Assembly: GCF_963921235.1 (NCBI RefSeq)
Contig: NC_086097.1
Location: forward strand, 141,920,001-141,984,000
DNA: 64,000 nucleotides
Source: Mobula hypostoma
Taxonomy: Eukaryota
Direction of reading: 5' to 3'
Below, one piece after another: positions 52,422 to 64,000 of the stretch. A program made the position numbers and the translations under genes. The notes below the pieces were generated by a model. The model ran no database searches, was not told the DNA's origin, and was given only the letters and a program-made list of their open reading frames with translations. Position 1 is the stretch's first letter. The number at the start of each line of letters is the position of its first letter.

Positions 52422-53981
52422 TTAGATTAGATTAGATTCAACTTTATTGTCATTGTTGCTGAGTACAGATACAAAACCAAGGTAATGCAGTTAGCATCTG
52501 ACCAGAAATGCAAAGAATGGTATTATTTACAAAATAACTGTGAATAAAAAGTAAATGCTACAGCACACAGATATAAAAGTACTGAGACAGTACAATATGG
52601 GTGCAATACTGCTTAGTGCTGTGATGTGAGGTTCAGCAGGGTCACAGGCTCAGAGAAGAAGCTCTTCCTGTGCCTGCTGGTGTGGGAGCGGAGGCTCCTG
52701 TAGCACCTACCAGATGGGAGGAGAGTAAAAAGTCCATGGTTAGAGTGAGATGCATCCCTGCCCAGGCAGCGTTTATGGTAGATGTTCTCAATGGTGGGCA
52801 ATTGGGTGCCGATAGTCCGCTGGGCAGTTTTCACCACACACTGGAGTACTTTGCGGTCTGATATGGGACAATTGCCATACCACACTGAGATGCAGTTGGT
52901 GAGTATGCTCTCAATGGTACAGCGGTAAAAGTCCGACAGTATCCTAGGACCGAGGTGAGCTTTCTTGATGCTCTGCAGGAAATAAAGGTGCTGTTGCGCC
53001 TTTTTGATCAGGATGGAGGAGTTCAGGGACCAGGTGAGATGTGGACTCAAGGAATTTGAAGCTTGGTGCACACTCCACTACAGCTCTGTTGATGTAGATG
53101 GGGAGGAGGATGTGGCTCCTAGAATGCTTGAAGTCCACAATGATCTCCTTGGTCTGGGTGTTAAGGGCCAGGTTGTTGTCGGCACACCACATGGCCAGGT
53201 GCTGGACCTTGTCCCTGTAGGTCATCCCGTCATCCCCTCTGATCAGGCCAACCACCGTGGTGTCATCTGCGAACTTGATTATGGAGTTAGAACCATGTAC
53301 AGGAACGCAGTCATAGGTGAAAAGGGAGTACAGAAGAGGGCTCAGAACACAGCCTTGAGGCACCTTGAGGCACGCCAGTGTTCAGGGTGAGAGTGGAGGA
53401 GGAGAGGTTGTCTAACTGAACTCATTAGGGTCTGTTAGTCAGAAAGTCCAAGGTCCAATTGCAGAGGGATGAGCTGATACCAAGCTGGCGAAGTTTGGCG
53501 ATCAGCTTGGAGGGGATCACAGTATTGAATGCTGAACCAAAGTCAATGAACAGCATTCTGATGTAAGAGTTGAGGCTGTCCAGGTGGATCAGGGCAGAGT
53601 GAAGTGCCGTGGAGATGGCGTCCTCTGTTGACCTGTTGGTGCAATAGACAAATTGATGGGGGTCCAGGGTAGTGGGCAGACAGGATTTCAGATGTGATAG
53701 AACCAGTCTCTCAAAGCACTTTGCAATGATGGGGGTGAGTGCAACTGGGCAGAAGTCATTCAGGCCCGTGGCAGTGGAATGCTTTGGCACTGGCACGATG
53801 GTGGCGATCTTGAAGCTTGTGGCCAGGGTCAGATTAAAAATGTCCGTGAAGACCCCAGCCAATTGCCCTGCACAGACTCTGAGCACATGGCCAGGTATTC
53901 CATCCGGACCAGCTGCCTTCCGTACATTCACCCTGCTCAGGGTGGCGCAAACGTCGGAGGTGGAAAGTGAGAGAGGCAGTT
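52422..53981 (-). mobile_element. Rex1/Babar LINE, 5' truncated, inserted in Gypsy RT
   Basis: [50 protein letters not shown]; (TCTAA)n tail; splits Gypsy TAFICPLG / FFQFERM. Confidence 0.93.
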
Positions 53982-54414
53982 ATCCCAGGGGACATATAAA
54001 TGCCGTCTTCTCTTTGTCAGCCTCACTCATGGGGATCTGGTAACACCCACTCCTCAAGTCCAGCACTCTGAACCACTTCACACCACTCAGACAGGCCAGC
54101 TCGTCTTCGATCCTTGGGACCGTATACTGGTCGGGAGCAGTACGCATGTTCAGAGTCCTATAGTCCACACACATTCTTCATCCTGGTCACAACTACTGGG
54201 GATGCATAGGGGCTTCTGGACTCAGTGATGATCCAAGCTTCCTTCAGCTTTCTACGTAGCTTCCTAAAATCTCTGACAAGTATTAAAAGAATTTTAGTAT
54301 AAGGCAGATAAATTATCTGTGGAATTAAACTTAGGCTACTTAAATAAATTATTGAATTAAAATGGAAAAAAAAATAATTTCAGACATGTTAGCCATTAAA
54401 CTACTGGATTGTCA

Positions 54415-54570
54415 ATAACCAGATCCTTCATCTAGACAGTCCAGATGAAGGGGTTGACTTAAAATGTTGACTACCCATTTCCCCCTATAGGTACTACCTG
54501 GCCTGCTGAGTTCATTCAGCTTTTTGAGTGTTTCTCCAGATTTCTGCGTCTGCCACTCTCGTGTGCCCAG
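54415..54570 (+). mobile_element. Old Penelope-like 3' end with short fold-back
   Basis: ccttcatctagac-a-gtccagatgaagg palindrome followed by the degenerate family tail. Confidence 0.6.
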
Positions 54571-55026
54571 ATTGTCATAAAAACCTACCCAATTGGCAGG
54601 TGTCCTTGGAAGGAAATCTGCCGATCTTAGCCAGTCAGTCCATTATGAGACTCCAGATATAATGGTATGATTGCCTCTTCAGTTGAGAGAGAATTTGGAA
54701 TTGAAAAAACATGCCAATCATGTCTGCATGCCTACATCACTTAAAAGTACATTTCACTGGCAGGACAGACCCAGCAGATGAGATGGCACAATGGTATACA
54801 GGCAGGAGTAGATTGATATATGTATTGTTGAGCCAGTCGTTATCAAGTTCTCACACATTGTAGTTTGGCCTCCGTCCGTTGAATAAGGACAGGGCCTGTG
54901 TTTGTTCTTAATATTGACCTGGTCCTATTTTATAATATTTTGCTAGGCAAGTAGTTGTCATCTTTTGTAAGCTAAATGATATGTTTTTTATTTATTAAGT
55001 TTATGGCTTTCTCTTTCTTTACAAAG

Positions 55027-55137
55027 AAAACTCTCCTCTATGTATATTGGCCAAGAAAACTGGTGGTAGAGGGTTTCGGTGCTAAGAAGATTGATGCAGA
55101 GAAACATGCTGCAGCAGTAGCTTGTGGAATATTCAAG
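55027..55137 (+). CDS. DHX30: DHX30 exon 3 (dsRNA-binding domain)
   Basis: KTLLYVYWPRKLVVEGFGAKKIDAEKHAAAVACGIFK |gtatg, 37 codons; compare human [37 protein letters not shown]. Confidence 0.95.
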
Positions 55138-55660
55138 GTATGATTGAATTGTTTATTGAATGCAATTAATTCACAGTTAGGGCTGAGAGATGTAATACAT
55201 CAGTTTGTTTTCCTGGGACCTGTGGGTATCTCAGCTGACAAGCCTCAGGAGTTGAGCAAGTTTCCTTATCAGTTAAAATGAGATGTTTTGATGCAGCTTC
55301 TGAGAACATGCTGCAATTTTATCTCTATGAACTAAGTGCAATATGGCCCTTTAATTAAGGGTAAGAGCACTGTGATTTTCTGTTTATTTATAGCTTTAAC
55401 AATAAAAAGGCAAAAGTCAAAGGCTTAAACATTCTTACATATCTCTGATGTTATTTGTGCTTTTTTCACTTGTGGTTGACCTTTGCACATTAGCCTTACC
55501 AGTGCCAAAAAGCTGTTCTCAAGCAAGGAAGCACTGGTAATGTGGACGGAATAAATCTGGTGTCCTAAGATATTCCACTCTTACCAGTTCACCGCTGTCT
55601 GATTTGGAGAGAGGTTGACAACGTTTTTCAGACTATATTCTTGTTGGTTGTGTTTGTCAG

Positions 55661-55866
55661 CAATGGGGCCTTCTTGGGCCGAAAAACCAGCTCTTTCAAA
55701 CTCAGGAGTACCAGCGGTTGGCTGCAAAGTTTGCTGATGGGCAACCACGGATGGGTCTGGTGGAGGAAAATGAAGAGATGGATGAGTTTGTGGAAGAAGA
55801 GATGATGGACTGTACAGATTTCCTCTCAATCACAGATAAAACATCTTTGGACAAGCCTTTTCCAAG
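55661..55866 (+). CDS. DHX30: DHX30 exon 4 (gene continues beyond the window)
   Basis: tttgtcag| QWGLLGPKNQLFQTQEYQRLAAKF...EEEMMDCTDFLSIT... ag|gtaat; compare human GWGLLGPRNELF...IDVTDFLSMT. Confidence 0.93.
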
Positions 55867-56235
55867 GTAATAAAAATGCTTCTTTTAATCTGTTTTTGTA
55901 TTAAGGTGGTTATCTTGCTAAACAGCCTCTAGCAAGATTGTGATTGATGTTTTAACAATGATGTGGATGGTCAATTTATAATAGGTTTTCTGATTCCATG
56001 CTCCTCAACAGAATTTGCTGCCTTATTTAGATGCTTATCTTTCAGTAGTTGAACTAGTCAGGAGGAAGAATCCACAAAAGTGACAATTGGTATTAACAAT
56101 GGCCTTGATTTATCCAGCTGCTGAAGTTACTCAGAGGAATGAAAGTCATCTTTGACAGAATTGGTTCATCGGTAATGCCCTTTCCTTTGAGTTGGACTGT
56201 TATGAATTCTGTAGACTTGAGGATATAATCTAGAC

Positions 56236-57322
56236 CAGCGGTCCACAACCACCGGGCCGCAAAGCATGTGCTACCGGGCCGCGCGGAAACGATATGATTT
56301 GGCGATATGAAACGATATGAGTCAGCTGCACCTTTCCTCATTCCCTGTCATGGCCACTGTTGAGCCATTACGCATGCGAGGTCATTACCTGCGCGTCATC
56401 CATGTCAGCGCGGGAAGAAGATCAACCCTCGAGCTTTCAAATGACGGCGGGCTGAAAAGTATGTTTGACATAACATCTCTGCCGGCATTCTGGATCAAAG
56501 TCAAGGCTAAATATCCTGAGATAGTCAGGAAAGCCCTGAAAACGTGGCTTCCATTTCCAACATTTTTCTGCGAAGCAGAGTTATCTGCAATGAATGCAAC
56601 GAAAACTAAACTGTGGAATAGACTGGACATCAGGAACCCCCTTCGAGTATCGCTGTCTCCCATCACCCCTCTTGGGTCCGTCTTCAGCGATATTGGTGTG
56701 TTGCAATGATTTTATATGTTCATACGGGGAAAATATGTGCTGTGTTTTTAATATCCAAACGTTACTTAAAATGTTATGATGCTGTTGAATTACTTATATA
56801 ACCATATAACAATTACAGCACAGAAACGGGCCATCTCTGCCCTTCTAGTCTGTGCCGAACGCTACTCTCACCTAGTCCCAGCGACCTGCACTCAGCCCAT
56901 AACCCTCCATTCCTCTCCTGTCCATATACCTATCCAATTTTTCTTTAAGTGATAATATCGAACCTGCCCCTACCACTTCTAGTGGAAGTTCATTCAACAC
57001 TTACTTCAAGCTCCCCTGGTAATTGACTTATCACTGTATCATCGATATTCCGGTCGTGATTAATTCCACCCTCCCCCCCCCGAACAGAATCGCCAAAAAC
57101 GATTTGCAGGAAAAAAAATCGGCAGGTACACGCGTGCGCACTGGTGCCCGCGCAAGGCTTCATGGTCATTGTAGTCTTTCTCTGGGTAAACACAACATAT
57201 TTGACTGCTACTCTTGTCTGTTGGCAACCCTACCCCCCCCCACCCCCACCCCGGTCGGCTGGTCCGCAAGAATATTGTCAATATTAACCGGTCCGCAGTG
57301 CAAAAAAGGTTGGGGACCCCTG
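56236..57322 (+). mobile_element. hAT Charlie3/MER1-like non-autonomous transposon with nested CR1 3' end (~56797-57020, minus)
   Basis: TIR cagcggtccacaacc / ggttggggacccctg; TSD atctagac; hATC remnant NDGGLKSMF...FWIKVKAKYPEI...LRVSLSPITP. Confidence 0.92.
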
Positions 57323-57399
57323 ATCTAGACTGAAAAGGTACAAGGATATGTAAACTAATAGATTAGTTGATATATATAGGTAAAATTACCACAAAAGTG

Positions 57400-58110
57400 A
57401 TGGGCAATGACCTCTCTATTGAGAGGAATCTAACAACACAGCCTTGGTATTCTATAGGATTTGCAGTGCTGCGTCCTACACTGTCAACATCCTGAGTTCT
57501 TGGTCCACTATTGACCAAGAGCTCAGCTGGAACAGCCACATAAATAGTGTGGCTCAAAGAGTGAATGGAGGGCTGGGTGGCCTGCAGTGGGTTACTGAGT
57601 TCCTTACATCCCAAAGCCTCACCACTACTTGCAAGGTACATGTCGTGAGTGTTATTGAGAACTGACAACTTGTCTGGATGAGTGTAGATCCATATCATTG
57701 GGACAAAATGGGTGTCTTGCTTAGCACCCCATCAACCACACTAGATATTTTATCTACACTGACATACAATGGCTGCAGTGTGTGCCAGCTGTAAAATGTC
57801 CTGCGGTTACTTTCCTAGTTTTTTCCAACAGTGCTCATGTTCCCTGTCACCAAGAAGGACAACTTAACAGAAGACCATCACCTGTAGGTTCCTGCCAAAG
57901 ACGCATGCCATCCTAACGAGAAAGTATGTTGGCATTTCTCATTGTTGCTGGATCGAAGTCCTGCACACTATTCAATAGCACTGCTGGCAAATACCTTAAC
58001 TAGAAGGACAGTAGTGGTTCAAGCATTGAGCTCAATAACACCTTTTTGGGGGAAGTTGTGGGTAAGCAACAATTGTTGGTCTTGCTACATGATAAAGAAT
58101 GAATTAAAAG
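57400..58110 (+). mobile_element. Old CR1/L2-group LINE 3' fragment
   Basis: TIDQELSWNSHINSVAQR...LTSQSLTTTCKVHVVSVIE; a related minus-strand piece lies near 36620-36990. Confidence 0.6.
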
Positions 58111-58390
58111 AAAAACAGCCAAGTACAATAATAGAAGTAAGATCACACTTTTATTTCAGTCCTTTCTTGACTTTAGTACACAGCAGTTATTTTATAGAAT
58201 GCAGTGTTACGTACCCTGTAATGGGTTGAAAAGGACCAGCAGAAATGGACACACCTGCAGTCTGAGTCTTCTGTTATAAACACTATTTTATGAGTAACTA
58301 CGAGATAAAGTAATATAAAACAAGATAAGGCAAACAGGTTAGCAGAGCACAGTATATGCATATATAAGTGAGTAAATAAAGTTCCCAAAC

Positions 58391-58954
58391 AGTGGCCACA
58401 CATTTTAATTCCACATCCCATTCCCATTCTGACATGTTTATCCATGGCCTCCTCTAAAGATGAAGCCACACTCAGGTTGGAGGAACAACACCTTATATTC
58501 CATCTGGGTAGCCTTCTCTAACTTCTGCTAATGCCTCACCTCCCCCTTGTACCCCATCCGTGATTTATTTTTATACACACATTCTTTCTCTCACTCTCCT
58601 TCTTCTCCCTCCGTCCCTCTGACTATACCCCTTGCCCATCCTCTGGGTTCCCCTCCCTTGTCTTTCTCCCTGGGTCTCCTGTACCATGATCCTCTCATAT
58701 CCCCTTTGCCAATCACCTATCCAGCTCTTGGCTCCATCCCTCCCCCTCCTGTCTTCTCCTATCATTTTGGATCTCCCCCTTGCCCTCCCACTTTCAAATC
58801 TCTTACTAGCTCTTCCTTCAGTTAGTCCTGACGAAGGGTCTCAGCTGAAACGTCGACCGTACCTCTTCCTAGAGATGCTGCCTGGCCTGCTGCGTTCACC
58901 AGCAACTTTGATGTGTGTTGCTTGAATTTCCAGCATCTGCAGATTTCCTGTTGT
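58391..58954 (+). mobile_element. Penelope-like 3' fragment with intact hammerhead core residues
   Basis: TSD ttcccaaac at 58382-58390 and 58955-58963; gtc CTGACGA agggtctcagct GAAA CGTC gac at 58825-58857. Confidence 0.9.
58825..58857 (+). ncRNA. Minimal type I hammerhead ribozyme motif
   Basis: CUGANGA 58828-58834, GAAA 58847-58850, palindromic ACGU helix III, GUC cleavage triplet ending at 58854, helix I gtc/gac; helix II weakened in this copy. Confidence 0.65.
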
Positions 58955-59557
58955 TTCCCAAACTTCTCCCAGCTCAGGTGATAAATGATACAGTCTTACA
59001 ATGGTATAGGTATGAAATCAGTTCAGTTCTGGATATTGAATTGAGTAGAGTGGGGAGAGAAAGATGTTTTGTCCTCCCAGTGCCGATGCCGTTGAATCTT
59101 CCACGTCGTCCTCCTACCTCCCAAAACTTATTAAAGTTACCGACTGTGACCACACAAAAGAGAATGTTGTTTTCACGTGGTAAAGCTATCAACCCAGGCG
59201 AGGGTTAAACACACCGATAGCTTTCCACCGGTCACCCCTTTGTCCACGCTGTGAGCAAAAACCCCACCTTTGTCATGGGCACACAAAGCTCAACCAGTGT
59301 CAATGTCTTCTGTGTCTCTGGTGTGTCTGATTACAAAGCCAGCGGACCTTGTATATATTCCACAACTGAACACCAGCTGTCCATCATATAGCTTTGACTT
59401 GCCATTTCCAAGGCAACTCACAGGCTTTCTGTTGCTCTCTCTCACACACGCTCTCCGCTCTCTCTCCCCCTTTTTAAAGGAACAGTCCATATTTAATAAT
59501 CCTTCAGATCTTGTCACAGTAGTAACTTGAAATGCAAAGAACGTCAATTAATACATT

Positions 59558-59880
59558 TGGTGGCAGCAGTGGGTGACCAGCCACAAGAAGTTGCATTCCT
59601 TTTTGCGCAAGAGGACTGGCCTTCAGTCTCGGGGTAGTAAGCTGGGGGCAAGAGAGGAAGAGGATGCATCATCGGAGGCATCGAAACAGGAGCAACCCAA
59701 GACCAGCATCAGAAGAGGTGACCCTTCCTCAAAACTTCCCGCTTCTGACCCAGACCTGGTTACATTATTCAAAGACTTTCTTTCTGCCCAAGGGAGGCTG
59801 GACGAGACCCTGAGAGAGGAGCTTTGAGGTCTGTGGAACACCATTCAAACCAGTCATTTAGAGCTAGCTGTGGAGCTACT
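59558..59880 (+). mobile_element. LTR retrotransposon remnant: tRNA-Leu-like PBS plus gag-like start
   Basis: tggtggcagcagtggg at 59558-59573 just after ...ACA, followed by ORF 59573-59827. Confidence 0.4.
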
Positions 59881-61079
59881 TTTCTCAACTTAGTTCACAA
59901 TTACCACAATTAGGGTCTAAGGCAATGCAGAGCATTAGAGCTGGAAACAATATTTTAAGATGGCCATGGAAGTTGATTCTGAGTGGCCTGAATCTTCCAT
60001 GTTATGGCGATGTGACTTTTTTCCCCTCTCTATTTGGGATGGGAATATTGAAAAACTTTTCAAGCTTGGTCTGAAATTGCATATTTATCTGAAGCAGCAG
60101 ATATAAACCATGGACTGGTGTGCTATTCATCATACATACTACCGCCTATCCTTTCTCTTTGTGGATAGTAAATCTGACTTTGAAATCATAGTAGTCATAG
60201 TCATACTTTACTGATCCCGAGGGAAATTGGTTTTTGTTATAGTTGCACCATAGATAATTAAATAGTAATAAAACCATAAATAATTAAATAGTAATATGTA
60301 AATTATACCAGGAAATAAGTCCAGGACCAGCCTATTGGCTCAGGATGTCTGACCCTCCAAGGGAGGAGTTGTAAGCATTTTTTACATACAACACAGTACA
60401 AGCCACTTGGCCCATGATGTTGTGCCAACCTTTTAACATATTCTTGAGATCAATTTCACCATTCCCTCTTATATGGCCCTCTATTTTTCTGTCATTTATG
60501 TGCCCACCAAAGAGCATCTTAAATGCCCTTAATGTACGTACCTCTATCACCACCCTGGCAGGTTGCTTCATGAACTTACCACTCTGTTTTAACATCTGGT
60601 AAGATGGTGGCATGCTTGGTCACAGAGGCCTCTCTGGGTCCAAATAAAGGTGTAATTTTTCATCCTTTATGTCTTTTTTATGATTGCAAGACACTGCTGG
60701 ATATTAAGAGCATCAAGTGCTGCAGGTATTGCCCATTAATGATTTGCTCGATAGTGATAGAGCTGGACTTGTTGCGTACTGTGTTGCCGACTATATCCAC
60801 CCAAAGAGGAAGACGCCAGAGGCGATGCATGCTCCAATAAACTGTGCAAGTAATTGTCTTGGGTGTTTTTCTTGTGATTGCAGTGTTGATCTGCCTCTCT
60901 ACCAGGGGACTTTAGGTTCAGACCAAGGGAATAATTGTCAAACACAGTTCACTTAAAATTACATACTGTTTATTAGCAAGCTTGCGTCGTTCAATTGATG
61001 TTCAGAGTGAACCCTGAGCACTGCTTGTGAAACATTCATTATCACATAGTACTCTGATCATTGCCAGACATCCTTGATT

Positions 61080-61262
61080 GAAGGCATCCGTTAGTCTTGC
61101 GAGACCATGGATCTGCGCCTGGAAAGTCTTCACTCTCCAGGGCGCAAGCCTGGGCAAGGTTGTATGGAAGACCAGCAGTTGCCCATGCTGCAAGTCTCCC
61201 CTCTCCATGACACCAATGTTGTCCAAGAGAAGGGCATTAGGACCCATACAGCTTGGCATACT
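61080..61262 (+). mobile_element. RTE-leader-derived short repeat
   Basis: ggcatccgttagtcttgcgagaccatggatctgcgcct...gggcgcaagcctgggca resembles recalled RTE 5' leaders; second copy at 20860-21066. Confidence 0.5.
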
Positions 61263-61959
61263 AATCCTTGATTAGTGGTTACACAAAGCAGCTGTCTTAA
61301 GCAACAAGCACACCTTTGTCCCTTGGTTATCTTGCAGCATTATTCTCACAGTGTGACTAGTCAAGCGGCAAACAAGTCAGTCAGGTTTTAACCCTTTTTA
61401 TCTGTATATAATTCCTCAGCAAGACCCTGTTGGACATTGGTAGTATCGAATCCTGAAAGTCTAGTTCATGGGTTCACAGTGACTTGATAGTGGGGGAGCT
61501 GCGTGGTCCACACAGTCATTCTGTGGACCAGGCCTTTATGCCGTGAGTTTGGATGTTGCAGCTGCCTGAGGAAGGAGATGCCCGAGGCGGTGCGGCGCAG
61601 CTGGGTTGGGAACTGGCCCCTCCCATCACTGCTGCCCTCCAGAGTTCACTCAGTAGAAGACAAGCTGAATTATGTTTGCTGCCGCACTAGTGCGTGATGA
61701 AGAACTACTGCGTGCTTGTTCATGCAGTAACGTGGCTCCAGGACAACACCCCATGCACCATCAATCTTTAGGCCGTGATACTCAGACTTGGGCTATATTA
61801 TTTATTTATTGTGACTGTATGTTTTACTGCTATGGTAATGATATGCGCCTTGTGCTGTGTGTGACTTGGGACTGTGTTTTGCAGCTTGGCTCTGGAGGAC
61901 AGCTGTTTAGTTTGGCTGTATTCATGTGTATGTTAAATGACATTTAAACTTGTGCTTGT

Positions 61960-63000
61960 ATACCTCTATCAAGTAACCTCTCTTCCTTCTTTGCTCCAAA
62001 GAGAAAAGCCCTAGCTTGCTCAACCTACCTTCATAAGATATGCATTCTAGTCCAGTCAGCATTCTGTAAATCTCCTCTGCACCCTCTCTAAAGCTTCAGC
62101 GTCCTTCCTATATTGAGGACACCGGAGCCAAAATCAATATTCTAAGTGTGGTCTAATCAGGGTTTTATAGAGCTGCAACATTACTACTTGGCTCTTGAAC
62201 TCAATCCCCTGACTAATGAAGGCCAACATAGCAACCTTCTTAACAACCGTATCAATTGCACACGTGTACTCCACATTGCTAAGAATCCTGCAATTAATCT
62301 TGTATTCTACCTTCAACTTCAACCAGCAAATTTATGGATGACACCGAGACCTGGGGTGTAGTGGACAGCGAGGCAGTCTATTAGGTCTGGACCAGCTGGA
62401 AAAATGGCAGATGGAATTTAATGTAGACAAGTGCGAGGTGTTGCACTTTGGTGGGACTAACCAGGGTAGGTCTTACACAGGACACTGAGGAATGCTGTAG
62501 AGCAAAGGGATCTGGGAATTCAGGTCCATAATTTGTTGAAAGTAGAGTCACAGGTAGGTAGAGTCGTAAAGAAAACTTTTGGCACATTGGGGTACAGGAG
62601 ACGGGATGTTATATTGAAGTTAATGATGACTAATTTGGAGTATTGTGTGCAGTTTTGGTCACCTTCCTAAGGGAAAGATGTAAAAGATGGAAAGATGGTT
62701 GAAAGAGTACAGAGAAAACTTACAAGGATGTTGCCTGGACTGGAGAACCTGAGTTATAACGAAAGATTGAATAGGTTAGACTTCATTCCTTGGAACATAG
62801 AGATTGAGAGCAGATTTGATAGGGATGCACAAAATTATGAGGGGTGTAGATAGGGCAAATGCAAACAGGCGTTTTCCACTGAGGTTGGGCAGGTCTGCAA
62901 ATTAAGGTCATGGGTTAAGGATGAAAGGTAAAAAGTTTAAGGGGAACATAAGGGGAAACTTTTTTAGTCAGAGTCGTGAGAGTGTTGAATGAGCTGCCGT
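61960..63000. mobile_element. Back-to-back CR1 3' fragments (minus ~61960-62300, plus ~62340-63000)
   Basis: MLAFISQGIEFKSQVVMLQLYKTLIRPHLEY (minus) and WQMEFNVDKCEVLHFG (plus). Confidence 0.8.
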
Positions 63001-63051
63001 AACAATATGATTGTGTCATCAGAGCTGCTGCCATGATTTCATTTTCATTTT

Positions 63052-64000
63052 AAAATCTTTTTTATTGATCATTAGAAATCAACAAAAATACATTAAGATA
63101 ATCAAGTCAATATGTCAATATGTACAATAAAGAATTAAATTAGCAAATAGCTGATTAACAAAGCCAAGCAATATATCAATAATAATAAGAAAAAATAGTG
63201 TTAAGAATTTTTTTGGAAGGAAAAAAAGAACCCCTACTAACTAAGGAAAAAAACCCACTAACTAAAGAAAACTGAAAAAAAACCCCATTGGGAGCACAAC
63301 CCCGGAGCTATATGCCATACAAGCTTCCATAAGAGAAAAACATCAATCTGCCAATTCAAATCCATTTAAACAAAAATCGGAAGGAAACCATATTGATTAA
63401 CTCAAATCAGATGATAATAGCGGGTAAATGAACCCCACCTTTTCTCGAAATCAAATGGAGGATCAAAAGTTTGACTTCTGATTTTCTCCAAACTAAGATA
63501 TAGCATCACCTGAGAGAACCATTGTATCAAAGTAGGAGCAGAAACATCTTTCCATTTCAACAAAATAGCCCTTCTGGCCAATAAATGTAACAAATGCAAT
63601 TACATGTTGGTTTGATAGAGAAATACCATGAATATATTGAGGGATTATACCAAACAAAACTGTCAATTTAAAAACGCAAACAACAGGAATTTGCAGATGC
63701 TGGAAATTCAAGCAACACACATAAAAGTTGCTGGTGAACGCAGCAGGCCAGGCAGCATCTCTAGGAAGAGGTGCAGTCGGCGTTTCAGGCCGAGACCCTT
63801 CGTTCTGAAACGTCGACTGCACCTCTTCCTAGAGATGCTGCCTGGCCTGCTGCGTTCACCAGCAACTTTTATGTGTGTTGCTAAAACTGTCAATTTATTA
63901 GGTTGTAAATTAATTTTTAAAACTTGAGAAATTGTAGAAAAAATAGATTTCCAAAAATGTTTCAATACAGAACACGACCAAAACATATGTGTTAATGTAG
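63052..64000 (-). mobile_element. L1 LINE 3' end (ORF2 C-terminus and 3' UTR)
   Basis: HMFWSC..LKHFW and ARRAILLKWK...LSLEKIR...FEKRW, stop at 63402; AATAAA on the minus strand at 63061-63066. Confidence 0.85.
63671..63882. mobile_element. Short fold-back Penelope-like element inserted in L1
   Basis: Inverted arms ~63711-63788 and 63805-63882, one-sided tail; 15 bp TSD aaaactgtcaattta at 63656-63670 and 63883-63897. Confidence 0.9.

Larger units (their letters stand above)
49313..54260 (-). mobile_element. Gypsy pol (RT, RNase H, integrase), inverted relative to gag, disrupted
   Basis: CVDYRTLN, VLDLRSG, VYLDDLIVF, VRTDNNPL, LVCMDFL, SDQGRDF, PERFNQTL on the minus strand. Confidence 0.93.
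58205..59518. mobile_element. Possible solo LTR hosting a Penelope-like insertion
   Basis: TGTTAC...GTCACA termini; imperfect 4 bp flanks gcag / gtag. Confidence 0.4.

Noticed and set aside
55867..64000. DHX30 exon 5
   Set aside because: No FPLPKNLL-like second repeat found; the next exon is probably beyond the window.

Overview
Vertebrate nuclear DNA, most likely a cartilaginous fish (ray or shark; inferred from the repeat spectrum, not proven). Two spliced genes lie on the + strand. (1) The last 12 coding exons (4860-32270; 1989 nt = 662 aa plus stop, all GT-AG, phases consistent) of a KANSL1-family NSL-complex scaffold with a WIN-like motif and PEHE domain. (2) The first 4 coding exons (38341-55866) of RNA helicase DHX30, starting with a mitochondrial presequence-like exon. 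The rest is mostly transposon debris: CR1, Rex1/Babar and L1 LINEs, three Tc1 elements, two pogo/Tigger elements, hAT/Charlie elements and MITEs, tRNA-derived SINEs, a rearranged Gypsy element and many Penelope-like fragments. Main leads: the KANSL1 gene looks like a third, DHX30-linked paralog mixing KANSL1 and KANSL1L features; the Penelope-like elements carry minimal hammerhead ribozyme motifs and form TSD-bounded fold-back palindromes that break at the ribozyme; and one DNA transposon appears to be a Tigger4/Tigger3 chimera closely resembling mammalian consensus sequences. Comparisons with human proteins and repeat consensuses are from memory, not database searches. Boundaries of old repeats are approximate.
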